Of a DNA stretch of 64,000 nt, positions 1 through 10,037 are shown one piece after another. The first letter of the stretch is position 1. Every line of letters begins with the position of its first letter. Origin of the DNA: an uncultured Bacilli bacterium (lineage in GTDB: Bacteria > Bacillota_I > Bacilli_A > RF39 > UBA660); NCBI GenBank assembly GCA_944363785.1, contig CALVVF010000004.1:459-64458 (forward strand), written 5' to 3'. The notes beneath the pieces are model-generated. The model had not been told where the DNA came from. It worked only from the letters and a program-made list of their open reading frames with translations, and did no database searches. Made by a program: the position numbers and the translations under genes.

Positions 1-362
1 TTTTCTAAGCGACATCCAATAGCAAACAATCTAGCTAGAATAAAAATCTTTTGAAAAATATTGTATTCTGTTGTCTCCATACATAAAATAGCCTGTTCAA
101 TACTATAAAAATTATAATAAAAGGCATGATGATATATAGCATTTCCTTCTAACCGTCGCTGTTTTTCCAAGCAAAAATTAGCATCCTTGACAATCACGAG
201 AGCATCATTTAATTGAGCAGAAAAATCATCATCGCAAGTTAGTGCATTTACTTCCAACATCTTTTGGTATAAAGCAATTAATTCATCATACAACGATATC
301 GAATGTACAGTTGAATTTTGTAACTTATCGATAAAACATTGATATACTTCAGTAACTGTCAT
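1..362 (-). CDS. hypothetical protein; N-terminal ~120 aa present, the rest runs off the left edge
   Basis: Minus-strand ATG at 362-360 preceded by a GAGGTGAG RBS. My own translation (MTVTEVYQCFIDKLQNSTVH...) has no stop down to position 1. No family recognised. Confidence 0.45.
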   Translation of the reverse strand, partial: MTVTEVYQCFIDKLQNSTVHSISLYDELIALYQKMLEVNALTCDDDFSAQLNDALVIVKDANFCLEKQRRLEGNAIYHHAFYYNFYSIEQAILCMETTEYNIFQKIFILARLFAIGCRLE

Positions 363-419
363 AATCTCACCTCATTATAAAAGTAGCACACTTAGATAAA
401 GAATGAGTATAAAAATCGT

Positions 420-635
420 TCAACTTAATACGACTAATTTTTTAATTAACATATCGCTATAACTAAATGATTTAATCATCTGATTATCATGAAGTCGAAT
501 AATAAAAACAGCATCATAAGTGTTGATAATCGTTCCCTCAAACTCCTCTATTTGATTACGACTACCATTAAAACGAAACTTTAAATTCTTGCCCTTGTAG
601 GAATTAACCTTATCCTTTACTTTTTCTATTGTCAT
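420..635 (-). CDS. veg: Veg family protein
   Basis: The track ORF resembles B. subtilis Veg. Start moved to the internal ATG (MTIEKVKDKV), which overlaps the yabG stop as ATGA. The yabG-veg synteny matches B. subtilis. Confidence 0.75.
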   Translation of the reverse strand: MTIEKVKDKVNSYKGKNLKFRFNGSRNQIEEFEGTIINTYDAVFIIRLHDNQMIKSFSYSDMLIKKLVVLS

Positions 636-1414
636 CTTGGATACCCCACAAACATACAACCTTTCGTGGCAACCCCACCGATACCTTCGGCACCATATTT
701 AGTTTTCTCTAAAAGATGGATTAAATCGATCGTTTTATTACGATCAAACAAAGCAATACCAGAGGCAATTATTGCTGGATCTAAGGCATGAATATTAATT
801 CGTTTCGGACTAGAAGCAAACGTAGCTCCTGATTTAATCAATTCTTCATAATTACTCTGACAAGCCCCCGCAATGATAATTAACTTGTCTTGGTCCTTTT
901 CATACTTTCTAGCCATTTTAACTGCTTCAATAAAATTTGCTGTATTTTTATAACTAGTTAATTCTTTAATCGAACCCTTTCTCTTATAATACGCATCATG
1001 TCCCGTTATCACTAAAATATCTGGATTTAATTTCGTTAAATAACTGACAATTTCTGATTGAATATCCGCTTCTTGTAAACATACACCATATGCCATAATA
1101 TTCAATTTCTTGTATAAATTCATACAACGTCTTAAATAATCTTCATCCCCATCAATATGTAATACTTTACCAGGTAGATAGAAATATTCACTTCTATCCA
1201 ATTTAAGTTCCTTATCCATTCGATCAAAAACTACATCATCATCTTCAATTTTCTGATTTTCAACCCTATTTAAATCTTCTAGTTCACTATCCGCATATAA
1301 TCTCAAATTAATCCCTTTCAAATAAGCAGTATTTCCGACTATATCAATAATCTTAAAGAAAGTATCATTCTGATACGACTCTCTAGTAACAATATCTCCT
1401 ATATGAAAAAGCAT
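632..1414 (-). CDS. yabG: sporulation-specific protease YabG (peptidase U57)
   Basis: Colinear similarity to B. subtilis YabG (HIGDIVTR, PGKVLHIDGDEDYL, ILVITGHDAY, IIAGACQS, FASSPKRINIHALDP). Start set at MLFHIGD, with a GGGTGAAG RBS. Confidence 0.85.
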   Translation of the reverse strand: MLFHIGDIVTRESYQNDTFFKIIDIVGNTAYLKGINLRLYADSELEDLNRVENQKIEDDDVVFDRMDKELKLDRSEYFYLPGKVLHIDGDEDYLRRCMNLYKKLNIMAYGVCLQEADIQSEIVSYLTKLNPDILVITGHDAYYKRKGSIKELTSYKNTANFIEAVKMARKYEKDQDKLIIIAGACQSNYEELIKSGATFASSPKRINIHALDPAIIASGIALFDRNKTIDLIHLLEKTKYGAEGIGGVATKGCMFVGYPR

Positions 1415-1490
1415 ATTCTTCACCCATAAAATTATATGTAAAATAGGAAATAAATTATGCGTATTATTCAAATAAAAGATAAATTAAATT

Positions 1491-2285
1491 TTAAGAAATA
1501 AGAGAATACGTATACTCTCCACACATCAAGTAATGATTCTTTATATGATAAATACATGTAGATGCCTGATAATCACCTGGTTCAGTAGGCAAAGTATTGT
1601 ATAGATTCTCTTTCTCAAAATAAGTTAAACAATAAGTATCTTCTGATAAACTTAGTTCACTAGCTAAAGGAATAGGAAGTGAATCTCTCATAGAAAAAGA
1701 ATAATCCGCACTTAATATCCAATTTTTATTTTGAATTAACTGTTGTTCAAATTCTTTAGCCTGTTCATCATCTTTAAATTTGGCAACATAAATACCACCA
1801 TCTTTTGTATCAGCCGTATCAAAAGGTAGCTGACGGTATTTTCCAAAGGAAGGAATTTCTATTCCTATGATATCCTGAAAATGAGCGATATCATGATAAG
1901 TAGCTTTACAGTTTAAATGAAAATCTAAAGACAAACGACCAAAAAGTAAAAATAATATAATAAAAATACACCCAACAACAATATTTTTCTGACATTTTAT
2001 TCCTTGTTTTTTATATTTAATTCCTAAAATAAGTGATAAAAGAGGAACAGGTAAAAATAAGTAAAAATACCAATAGTATTCTGGCGCCATAAAAAAGGGA
2101 ATTCCCATCATATTAGGAACAGCTGCCATAAATAGGAAAACAAAATACGAAAACAATAATGTAAAGACAAATAACACAATCATCCTAATCCGAATTTTAT
2201 CTTTTCTATCTTTTCTTTTCTTTTTACTTGAAGTCTGTTCAGTTACTACTGTTTTTTCTGATTCTAATATAACTTCTTTTTTCAT
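1491..2285 (-). CDS. hypothetical multi-pass membrane protein
   Basis: Track ORF with hydrophobic segments. Start moved to the MKKEVIL ATG, 7 nt after a GGAGGAG RBS. Confidence 0.6.
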   Translation of the reverse strand: MKKEVILESEKTVVTEQTSSKKKRKDRKDKIRIRMIVLFVFTLLFSYFVFLFMAAVPNMMGIPFFMAPEYYWYFYLFLPVPLLSLILGIKYKKQGIKCQKNIVVGCIFIILFLLFGRLSLDFHLNCKATYHDIAHFQDIIGIEIPSFGKYRQLPFDTADTKDGGIYVAKFKDDEQAKEFEQQLIQNKNWILSADYSFSMRDSLPIPLASELSLSEDTYCLTYFEKENLYNTLPTEPGDYQASTCIYHIKNHYLMCGEYTYSLIS

Positions 2286-2408
2286 AGTAAACTCCTCCAT
2301 CATATAAAAATATTTTGTAAATATTCCAATCCAGTCAAAATACTAGTTATTTCATACAAACTTTGTTTTTTAAAGTTTCATCGCAAATTATAATATTAGA
2401 ATTTTTCT

Positions 2409-2927
2409 TTAAAAGATATTGAACAATTCTTTGATAATTTTCATCTGTATGAAAAAAATAGAAGTAGAAGTATCTGTTAAAATTTTAAATTCAGTATTAT
2501 CTTGTAGTATAAAGTGTAAATATAGTTCAAGGTAATTACAAAATCTAGCCGCATTAATATTAAATTTGTTCCAATATTCTTTATATATCTTTTTTATTTT
2601 TGAATACTTAAAGCATAAGATCCTTTTATCCAGACAAACAATCAAATAATTCTCCGCAAAGAAATAACTTTTCTCATCTGTGAAAACAATATTACCAATT
2701 TTATCTACCAACTTGTTTTCTATCAAATAATTATCTATTTTCTTTAGTTTATGATATTTTTTCACCACATTAACAGATAATATAAACATAACTATTACTA
2801 AGCTAAGCAACGCATAATTATCAAGTTTATTACCGATGTACAACATTAACAAAACTAAAAAAAACGTAGCTATACAAAAAATATATACTTTTTTTCTTGT
2901 TTTATCTATAAATCCATTGAACATCAT
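2409..2927 (-). CDS. hypothetical membrane-anchored protein
   Basis: 172-aa track ORF with an AGGAGTGA RBS and two N-terminal hydrophobic helices. Confidence 0.55.
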   Translation of the reverse strand: MMFNGFIDKTRKKVYIFCIATFFLVLLMLYIGNKLDNYALLSLVIVMFILSVNVVKKYHKLKKIDNYLIENKLVDKIGNIVFTDEKSYFFAENYLIVCLDKRILCFKYSKIKKIYKEYWNKFNINAARFCNYLELYLHFILQDNTEFKILTDTSTSIFFIQMKIIKELFNIF

Positions 2928-2952
2928 TTTTTCACTCCTACTTCACCTTAGT

Positions 2953-3281
2953 AGCTTACGATTTGACTATAACATAAATCTAATATTTCGACAATATCTC
3001 CTCGTAACTTATCCAACTAAAAAATAAACACTATAAAAAGAAGTTCAGAATGCTCCAAACTTCTCATTTTCTATTTTGTTTGATCAATCAATATATTCTC
3101 TTCCTCTGCTTCTTGTAATGCCCTAACTATACCGTAATCTAAATTATTTATATTTGGTCAAGGAATGTCTACAAAACTATCCACAGTCCCGTGTTTGATA
3201 ATATAATCATAATCATCATCTTCAGTATACCGAAAAATCTAATAGATTCAACTCATTACGATTGAAAATGAACGTATCCAT
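2953..3281. repeat. copy 1 of a ~325-bp direct duplication (partner 4091-4415)
   Basis: By-eye alignment is near-identical over the first ~170 bp (ATTTGACTATAACATAAATCTAATATT..CGACAATATCTCCTCGTAACTTATCCAACTAAAAAATAAACACTATAAAAAGAAGTTCAGAAT...). It then diverges. Confidence 0.8.
3071..3281 (-). pseudogene. truncated, stop-interrupted relic of a paralogue of the 4209-5084 gene (C-terminal ~68 codons only)
   Basis: My own translation gives MDTFIFNRNELNLLDFSVYTEDDDYDYIIKHGTVDSFVDIP*PNINNLDYGIVRALQEAEEENILIDQTK*. This aligns with the C-terminus MRIFNLRRNQLKLMNLLVVAEDENYISKHGIVTDPVGISWGNERNLDYDIVRALQEAEEENILIDQTK of the 291-aa protein. There is an in-frame TGA and no 5' part. Confidence 0.7.
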
Positions 3282-3350
3282 TTTATCTATTTTCTTTCTA
3301 AAAATATTAATTTCTTATATTAAATACAATTTAGCAACTTACAATCACTA

Positions 3351-3932
3351 CTAGATTTTAAAGTTCATTAATTTTTCAAATAATTTCAAATGATTAAAAT
3401 CCTCTTTTTTTAATTGCTTTTGCCTAGCAATATCCTGTAAATTAATAAGCCATTCATCATCATTAGTTGCAAAAGCCTGAACAATAGCATATTCCAACCC
3501 AACAACAAATTCATTCATTGGAAAAGATAATAATAGACTAGTAATCTCTTCCGCACCAGGCCAATTCAAATCCTGTAGCCATCTAAATAAATAACTAATA
3601 GAATCTTTTACTTTAGGATATCCCTTTTTAACTAAAATTTCTGCCTCTACTTCCCAAAAAATTTTCAAACCCCTTTGACAAAACATCAGATTATCATATT
3701 GATCAATAGCATACTGTTCAACTAAATTAGAAATTTCTTTACTACCTTCACATTTCAAAACGCTTAAGTAAAATTCAGATTCAACTCTAGAATAAATTCT
3801 ACTAAAAATCTTTTCTAATAAAACAAAACGATACTCACCCTTATATTCATACACTATATTAATTAAAATTTCATTTATCTCAGAATTAGATAACTTATCA
3901 AATTCGAATTCAAAAGTATTTTTATTCATCAT
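3351..3932 (-). CDS. hypothetical protein, possibly DUF5071-like
   Basis: 193-aa track ORF. The LNWPGA motif region is reminiscent of DUF5071. The family call is from memory only. Confidence 0.55.
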   Translation of the reverse strand: MMNKNTFEFEFDKLSNSEINEILINIVYEYKGEYRFVLLEKIFSRIYSRVESEFYLSVLKCEGSKEISNLVEQYAIDQYDNLMFCQRGLKIFWEVEAEILVKKGYPKVKDSISYLFRWLQDLNWPGAEEITSLLLSFPMNEFVVGLEYAIVQAFATNDDEWLINLQDIARQKQLKKEDFNHLKLFEKLMNFKI

Positions 3933-4090
3933 TACCCTCTAAAAAGCACAATATCTACCATTAAAGTCACACAAAACTAAATTTAAAGCAATGTCCAAAA
4001 CAGATTAATTAAATCTACATGAAAAGTTTCTATAATCTTACTATTCTGGTACTTCTCATGCTTAAAATATTTTTCAGCTTTCATATTTTT

Positions 4091-4415
4091 AGTTTACAAT
4101 TTGACTATAACATAAATCTAATATTCCGACAATATCTCCTCGTAACTTATCCAACTAAAAAATAAACACTATAAAAAGAAGTTCAGAATACCCCAAACTT
4201 CTTTTTCTCTATTTTGTTTGATCAATCAATATATTTTCTTCCTCTGCTTCTTGTAATGCTCTAACTATATCATAATCCAGATTCCGTTCATTTCCCCAAG
4301 AGATTCCTACAGGATCAGTCACAATTCCATGTTTACTTATATAATTTTCATCTTCAGCAACAACTAAAAGATTCATTAATTTTAATTGGTTTCTTCTCAA
4401 ATTAAATATCCTCAT
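4091..4415. repeat. copy 2 of the ~325-bp direct duplication (partner 2953-3281)
   Basis: See copy 1. It covers the 3' end of the 4209-5084 gene, its terminator hairpin and ~100 bp downstream. Confidence 0.8.
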
Positions 4416-5084
4416 CATATTAGTCTTTTTGCTCAAACCATTAATTTCTTTTAAAAATTCCACCTTTTCTAATATTCCTAAATCAATTTCTTTTTCACCA
4501 ACCCAATTATATAGTCCAACAATATTCATTTCATGATAATATTTATCCATTGGTAAGCTCCCAATATTAAAAGTAGCTACCCCCATTACTCTAAACATAA
4601 CATACTTATGATTCCATTTACTATTTGTAACAATTTCATGCTTTATTATATCAGCATTATTAATTCGATATAGTAATACATCTCCTATTTTCCATTTAGC
4701 TTTACGAATAACTAACTTAGAAAGTTTTTTCTCTGGCGGTAGAGGACTATTCAATCTTTCTTCTAATTCTTCCAACACCTTTTTTCTCTTTTCATACTGT
4801 TTCTTATTTTCTTTCCACTTTTCTAAATCAGTACCACTTCGAATATACTCTAACGCAATTTCTTTTATTTCAGGAAGTAATCTACCATACTTCCACTGCG
4901 TATCCGCTAACGCTAACCAAAATAGCGGACCGTCATCCGGATCTTCAATAAAGTCCAAATTTAATTCGATTAAATCCTTAGTGGCATCAATATTAGATAA
5001 GCCAACTTTTAAACGATTGACATAATCACTTCTAACATCACAAGTTACATCATCTTGATATAAACCTACTCCCCATGCTCCCAT
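4209..5084 (-). CDS. hypothetical protein with a DUF4259-like N-terminus (MGAWGVGLYQDD)
   Basis: 291-aa track ORF with a GGAGGTAG RBS. The N-terminal GAWGxG motif is recalled from DUF4259. Confidence 0.6.
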   Translation of the reverse strand: MGAWGVGLYQDDVTCDVRSDYVNRLKVGLSNIDATKDLIELNLDFIEDPDDGPLFWLALADTQWKYGRLLPEIKEIALEYIRSGTDLEKWKENKKQYEKRKKVLEELEERLNSPLPPEKKLSKLVIRKAKWKIGDVLLYRINNADIIKHEIVTNSKWNHKYVMFRVMGVATFNIGSLPMDKYYHEMNIVGLYNWVGEKEIDLGILEKVEFLKEINGLSKKTNMMRIFNLRRNQLKLMNLLVVAEDENYISKHGIVTDPVGISWGNERNLDYDIVRALQEAEEENILIDQTK

Positions 5085-5195
5085 TTTTTCTACCTCCTTG
5101 AATCATATGAACTTTTACTTCATAATATCTTTACTATCAAAATAGGAATTATTATTTAAATATTCTCAATATCTTATTAATAACTAAATATACAA

Positions 5196-5456
5196 TTAAT
5201 TATTATTAAAGATTTCATAATATAAATTCTTCTTTTCTTCTTCAGAAAGTGGTATAAAATAATCTTCTTCAAATTCAATACCTATTGATCTTAAATAATC
5301 ATATTCTTCTTCATTCTCACAATAAATATCACATATTTTCTCGTGAGCTACAGAATATAACCAACAATATCCATCTTTAAAAACACATAAATCTTCTAAT
5401 GATGTTGGGAAAATAAAATTATATATTGACTTTCTGTTTAAGATCTCATTTTTCAA
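5196..5456 (-). CDS. small hypothetical protein
   Basis: 86-aa track ORF, same strand as its neighbours. No family recognised. Confidence 0.45.
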   Translation of the reverse strand: MKNEILNRKSIYNFIFPTSLEDLCVFKDGYCWLYSVAHEKICDIYCENEEEYDYLRSIGIEFEEDYFIPLSEEEKKNLYYEIFNNN

Positions 5457-5501
5457 TTCAAATCCTGGTTCTAAATAATATGTTGTACTATGACGAATTT
5501 T

Positions 5502-5798
5502 TTAAGAAAGATAACCTTCTTTGATAATAGGATCTTTTTCGAAAATTATATGTTTTTGATATTTGTAGATCCATGAATTAAATACAGACTCATATATCAA
5601 CCACATTATACTGTTTTTAATCACTATTACTTGATTATTTCTATCTAAATGTTCAAAATTTTTCTTATTAAATTCCTTAGCTATTTCATCTTTAAACTGA
5701 TTATATATATCATCCAAAAAACTATCAGAGTATCTTTTTAAAATATCACTTTCTGAATAATTAGATACGGATAAAACAATTTTTTGTATTTCACTCAT
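5502..5798 (-). CDS. small hypothetical protein
   Basis: 98-aa track ORF. No family recognised. Confidence 0.45.
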   Translation of the reverse strand: MSEIQKIVLSVSNYSESDILKRYSDSFLDDIYNQFKDEIAKEFNKKNFEHLDRNNQVIVIKNSIMWLIYESVFNSWIYKYQKHIIFEKDPIIKEGYLS

Positions 5799-5801
5799 GC
5801 T

Positions 5802-5912
5802 TTATTTTCTCTGACAATAACACTTTTTTAACGCAATAATATCACACTTCGGAAGTATATATTTCATTAAATTAATATATGATTCATCAACTATACTTTT
5901 TTTTACTAACAT
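5802..5912 (-). CDS. possible 36-aa peptide gene (MLVKKSIVDESYINLMKYILPKCDIIALKKCYCQRK)
   Basis: Not in the track. ATG at 5912 lies 8 nt after an AAAGGAG RBS, and the stop is 3 nt before the next gene start. Confidence 0.3.
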   Translation of the reverse strand: MLVKKSIVDESYINLMKYILPKCDIIALKKCYCQRK

Positions 5913-5991
5913 AATACTATGCTCCTTTTATAATGTAGGATAAAACCAAACATATCCTTTGTGTTTATAGCATCAGACTATCTACATAAAT

Positions 5992-6570
5992 TTATCTTAC
6001 ACTTTTATATTCAGTACCTATAACAACACCATCGGTATCCAAATATAAACAATAAAAATCATTTCTCATCATCGCCTCATATGTCATATAGCAAATCTCG
6101 GTATCATTCTCATGATCATATGGGCATATTTGATTATCAATTTTTCCTAAAATACTATAAACGTCTTCTTTATTTTTTCCTACAAAAGAATACTTTTTTT
6201 CTAGTGATTCAATCATCCTATATCTTAAATTACAATAATCACTATTATTCCATTTTTCATAAGAAAAATCTTCAAAATAATTAACAGTTAAATGACCGAC
6301 TATTATGGTTATAATACTAAAAAGTATAAAAATTAAAAAACTATAAATAATAGAATTAAACAGCCCTACATGTAATATTCTCTTTATAATATTAGGTAAA
6401 AACACAAAAATTAATGGACCTATAGCAAATATTATTAAAAAAATATCAGAATAACTAACAATTGTATCAGAATAAGGAAGAAAAAGAAGAAAATATATTA
6501 CTGAAACATAATATAATCCTATTACTAATACTTTACCGATATCATTAATTGATTTTTTAAACCTTACCAT
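5992..6570 (-). CDS. hypothetical membrane protein (about 4 TM helices plus a Cys-rich soluble tail)
   Basis: 192-aa track ORF with an AGGGAGAAG RBS. Confidence 0.55.
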   Translation of the reverse strand: MVRFKKSINDIGKVLVIGLYYVSVIYFLLFLPYSDTIVSYSDIFLIIFAIGPLIFVFLPNIIKRILHVGLFNSIIYSFLIFILFSIITIIVGHLTVNYFEDFSYEKWNNSDYCNLRYRMIESLEKKYSFVGKNKEDVYSILGKIDNQICPYDHENDTEICYMTYEAMMRNDFYCLYLDTDGVVIGTEYKSVR

Positions 6571-6965
6571 TATACTTCTCCCTAAAAAAATAATTTATTA
6601 ATATATTAATACAGCATTACTTAGTTCCTTTTCAAATTTATCAAGTTCTTTTCTAGTATGTTTCTTTAAAAAATAGTAATACATCATTTTCAATATCAAG
6701 ACTACTTCTATTAACAAAATAAAATAAGAAATAAATTAATAAAAAAGCCAAAAACAAACAGTGGCGAAAATAATGTAATAATTAACAAATATATTATAAG
6801 TATCTTTATTTTATATTTTTTAAAAGCAAAATCCATTATTCTATCTCTACTATATACATCCCATTATCTATTTACCTCATAATATAATATTATTTATAAA
6901 AATTCAATAATTTTATCTAGTAAATAAAAAAATTAGGAATTAATTTATATAATAATCCCTATATT

Positions 6966-7757
6966 CTAAGCTAACGCATTACTCAACTCTACAAAAATCT
7001 CTAAAGGAAGGGCTTCAGCACGTACGGATAAATCTAAAGAATAACGAGAAAGTACCTGTTCAATAATAGCTAAATCGTATTTTTTTAAATTATTTTTTAA
7101 TGTTTTTCTCTTATATTGAAAAGCATCACGCACCAATTGAAAGAAAAGTTCTTGATCTTTAAGAGGTAACTGTTTTTCTTTTTTTGTAAACGATAAAATT
7201 ACACTATCGACATTAGGCTTAGGAACAAAACAGTTTCTACTAACATCAAAAAGTTTCTTTAACTGAAAATAATAATGGAAAAATACTGTAATCGAACTAT
7301 AATCACGACTTCCCGGTTCAGCACTGAATCTTATTCCAACCTCTTTTTGTACCATGACGACAATTTTATCGACCGAAATATGTTCCTCAATTAACTTAAG
7401 TAAAATAGGGGTCGTAATATAATAAGGAAGATTGGCAATCACATAAAGATGAGAATAAGAATAGTTCTTTAAATCTTCTTTAATATTTCTCGTCAAAAAG
7501 TCACCATAAATAATATCAATATTAGAGTACATCTTTAAATTATCTGCCAAAATAGGAGATAATGAATCATCGATCTCATAAGCTATTACTTGTTTACAAC
7601 ATGGAGCTAACTCCTTCGTCAATGCCCCTGTACCAGGTCCAATTTCTATGACTAAAGTATCTTCAGGGATCTCACTATAAGCTACAATTTTTTTAGGAAT
7701 AGAATCATCCTTTAAAAAATTCTGTCCATATTTCTTCTTAAATTGAATATTCTTCAT
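6966..7757 (-). CDS. rsmA: 16S rRNA (adenine1518/1519-N6)-dimethyltransferase RsmA/KsgA
   Basis: KKYGQNFL and EIGPGTGALT motifs. The ATG at MKNIQF is preferred over the upstream GTG. Confidence 0.9.
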   Translation of the reverse strand: MKNIQFKKKYGQNFLKDDSIPKKIVAYSEIPEDTLVIEIGPGTGALTKELAPCCKQVIAYEIDDSLSPILADNLKMYSNIDIIYGDFLTRNIKEDLKNYSYSHLYVIANLPYYITTPILLKLIEEHISVDKIVVMVQKEVGIRFSAEPGSRDYSSITVFFHYYFQLKKLFDVSRNCFVPKPNVDSVILSFTKKEKQLPLKDQELFFQLVRDAFQYKRKTLKNNLKKYDLAIIEQVLSRYSLDLSVRAEALPLEIFVELSNALA

Positions 7758-7821
7758 TCTTCTCACTTCCCATCAAAAGTACTCAATATTATATCACAAA
7801 TTACATAACAAAAAAGAGAAA

Positions 7822-8445
7822 TTAAATTTTCTCATCTTCCTCTTTATCTTTATTATCTCCATTATCTGGCAATTCTTTATTAGAAGTTTTAACTAAACCA
7901 ACTAATTTTCCAATATCATAAATAATCACACAGACACAAGGTAAAACAACAATTAAGAACCATCCTAATTTACTAGTAACAAAAGTACGAACATAACCAA
8001 TCATAGGGATTCGAAATAAAACTTTACCAATTACTTCATCTTCCATAATTAATGCATTATCTTCAGCATTATTATTATCCCCCTTCGTACGATAACCACG
8101 TTTACCATCTTCTGTTTCAACAATACCAACTACACGATGGGTAATTGGGGTACCATGTGTATCAATATCCTTTGATAAAAAAGTAATTACATCATACATC
8201 TCTATTTTATCAGTCGGAACTCGCATCGTCACAACTGCATCATAAACATTAATATTTGGTACCATACTAGGACTAATAATCACATAAACTCCAAAAAGTG
8301 GAGATCTATCTTCATGATTTTTCATTCCGATCATCTGATCAATAAAATAAGCACCAAAAAAGACAGCAATAATTAGGACAATAACTAAGAGAGAGTACAA
8401 AAGTACCGTAGATAAAAAATGTAAAATTTTACGAAAAGTAGCCAT
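7822..8445 (-). CDS. signal peptidase I, SipW/archaeal (S26B) type
   Basis: N-terminal TM helix plus SPSMVP, THRVVG and TKGDNN motifs. Confidence 0.75.
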   Translation of the reverse strand: MATFRKILHFLSTVLLYSLLVIVLIIAVFFGAYFIDQMIGMKNHEDRSPLFGVYVIISPSMVPNINVYDAVVTMRVPTDKIEMYDVITFLSKDIDTHGTPITHRVVGIVETEDGKRGYRTKGDNNNAEDNALIMEDEVIGKVLFRIPMIGYVRTFVTSKLGWFLIVVLPCVCVIIYDIGKLVGLVKTSNKELPDNGDNKDKEEDEKI

Positions 8446-8567
8446 ATTATCACCTACACAATCCTAACTATTATAAAATAATCATACCACAGTCAAGTAA
8501 GGGAAACAACAAAAATAAAAAGAATATCTTTCCACTTGACAAGAAAAAAGAAATAGTTACCTACTTC

Positions 8568-9155
8568 TTACCATCCCCAGCGTAAAATTTCATACTGAAC
8601 ATTTTTCTGTCTTCCAACTACATTCGGATCATCGGTCTCTGCAATTAAAAAATCCATAATATTTCCTTTTATCGCACCGCCTCTATCTAAAACAATCCCA
8701 ATAATTGGTTCATTAGAGAAAGTGACATTAGACACCTTAACAATACTTCCACAAGGAATAGCCATATCTGCAGCTAATATACGAACTGTTCCATAAGTAG
8801 TATCTTCAAAATAAATATTATTATTCCGTACATCTTGACGTGGTGGACAACCAACTCGTCCAGAACAACCAACACAATTTGCTTGATAAGCTGTCATTTC
8901 TCCAACAAAAGAAATTGGATTAGTAGGACCATATAAACTAGCTTCCGCCATCGTATTAACTGCTATAACATCTAATTGTTTTTCATGATTATCATATTTA
9001 CTGACAATATGAGTTGCTTCGATCGAACGAACACCATTAATATTATTCACAAAATTATTCGTTTTGTGATTACCATTTGCAACAACAAGTAATAGAAATA
9101 AAAAGAATAAAACGAAAAAAGTACGATTCAAGATTACTTTATAAAATTTTTTCAT
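8568..9155 (-). CDS. 3D-domain (YabE-like, RlpA/MltA fold) secreted protein
   Basis: Signal anchor. C-terminal TAYQANCVGCSG...VLDRGGAI region typical of 3D domains. The position matches yabE. Confidence 0.65.
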   Translation of the reverse strand: MKKFYKVILNRTFFVLFFLFLLLVVANGNHKTNNFVNNINGVRSIEATHIVSKYDNHEKQLDVIAVNTMAEASLYGPTNPISFVGEMTAYQANCVGCSGRVGCPPRQDVRNNNIYFEDTTYGTVRILAADMAIPCGSIVKVSNVTFSNEPIIGIVLDRGGAIKGNIMDFLIAETDDPNVVGRQKNVQYEILRWGW

Positions 9156-9205
9156 AACCCACCTTTACGCTTTCGACTATCTATTATGCCTATACTATAA
9201 CATAT

Positions 9206-9970
9206 TTAAATGGGTAAGTCAAATACTCTTCTTGCGTTATCAGTAGTAGTCTGAGCAACCTCAGAAACATCTATACATTTAATCTGAGCAATTTTAGCTG
9301 CAATCAAAGGAATATACTTTGATTCATTTGTTTCTCCTCGATGAGGCTCTGGAGTAAGATAAGGACTATCCGTTTCTAAAACAATACTAGAAAGAGGAAT
9401 TTTCTCAACTACTTGATATAACTTACTATTCTTAAAGGTAAGTACACCTCCTATTCCTAACACAAAACCAAGTTCAATAAAACGGAGAGCCATTTCATAA
9501 CTGCCACTAAAGCAATGAATTACCCCTTTCACTTTCCCCTTATATTGAGATAAAATGTCATAAAGTTCTTGAATAGCATCACGACAATGAATAACAACAG
9601 GCATCTGATATTTAACCGCCAAATCGAGTTGTTTTTGAAACAGATCACGTTGTTTCTCTTTATTATCCTTCCGCCAATAATAATCTAAACCTATTTCTCC
9701 AATCGCAACAATCCTAGAAGAAGAAACAAGCACCTCATCTAAACATTCTAGATCTTTATCGGTAATGATATCGGCATCTTCTGGATGAAAGCCAAGAGAT
9801 ACAAAGACATCCGAATACTTTTCTAAAAACTTTATTCCTGCCCGATAGCAATCCTGATTACAAAAAGAAAAAATAAGGCCTTTAACATTAGCCAAATAAG
9901 CATTTTGAATATATTGATTTACATCAATCTCTTTAGACATATCGATATGACAATGAGTATCTATAAACAT
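9206..9970 (-). CDS. tatD: TatD family metal-dependent DNase/hydrolase
   Basis: MFIDTHCHID, GEIGLDY and ETDSPYL motifs. Synteny next to metG. Confidence 0.9.
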   Translation of the reverse strand: MFIDTHCHIDMSKEIDVNQYIQNAYLANVKGLIFSFCNQDCYRAGIKFLEKYSDVFVSLGFHPEDADIITDKDLECLDEVLVSSSRIVAIGEIGLDYYWRKDNKEKQRDLFQKQLDLAVKYQMPVVIHCRDAIQELYDILSQYKGKVKGVIHCFSGSYEMALRFIELGFVLGIGGVLTFKNSKLYQVVEKIPLSSIVLETDSPYLTPEPHRGETNESKYIPLIAAKIAQIKCIDVSEVAQTTTDNARRVFDLPI

Positions 9971-10037
9971 ATTTTCACCCCTTATCCATTATTTTATCAC
10001 AGAAAAAAATCCTACAAAATAGGATTTTTATTACAGC

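Noticed and set aside
6571-6965. Two small minus-strand ORFs in the AT-rich gap upstream of the island: about 39 aa (MDFAFKKYKIKILIIYLL...) and about 29 aa (MMYYYFLKKHTRKELDKFEKEL...). They could be joined by a frameshift in a T-run.
   Set aside because: There is no clear RBS and no recognisable family. This could be a frameshifted relic of a small membrane protein, but the evidence is too weak to call a feature.
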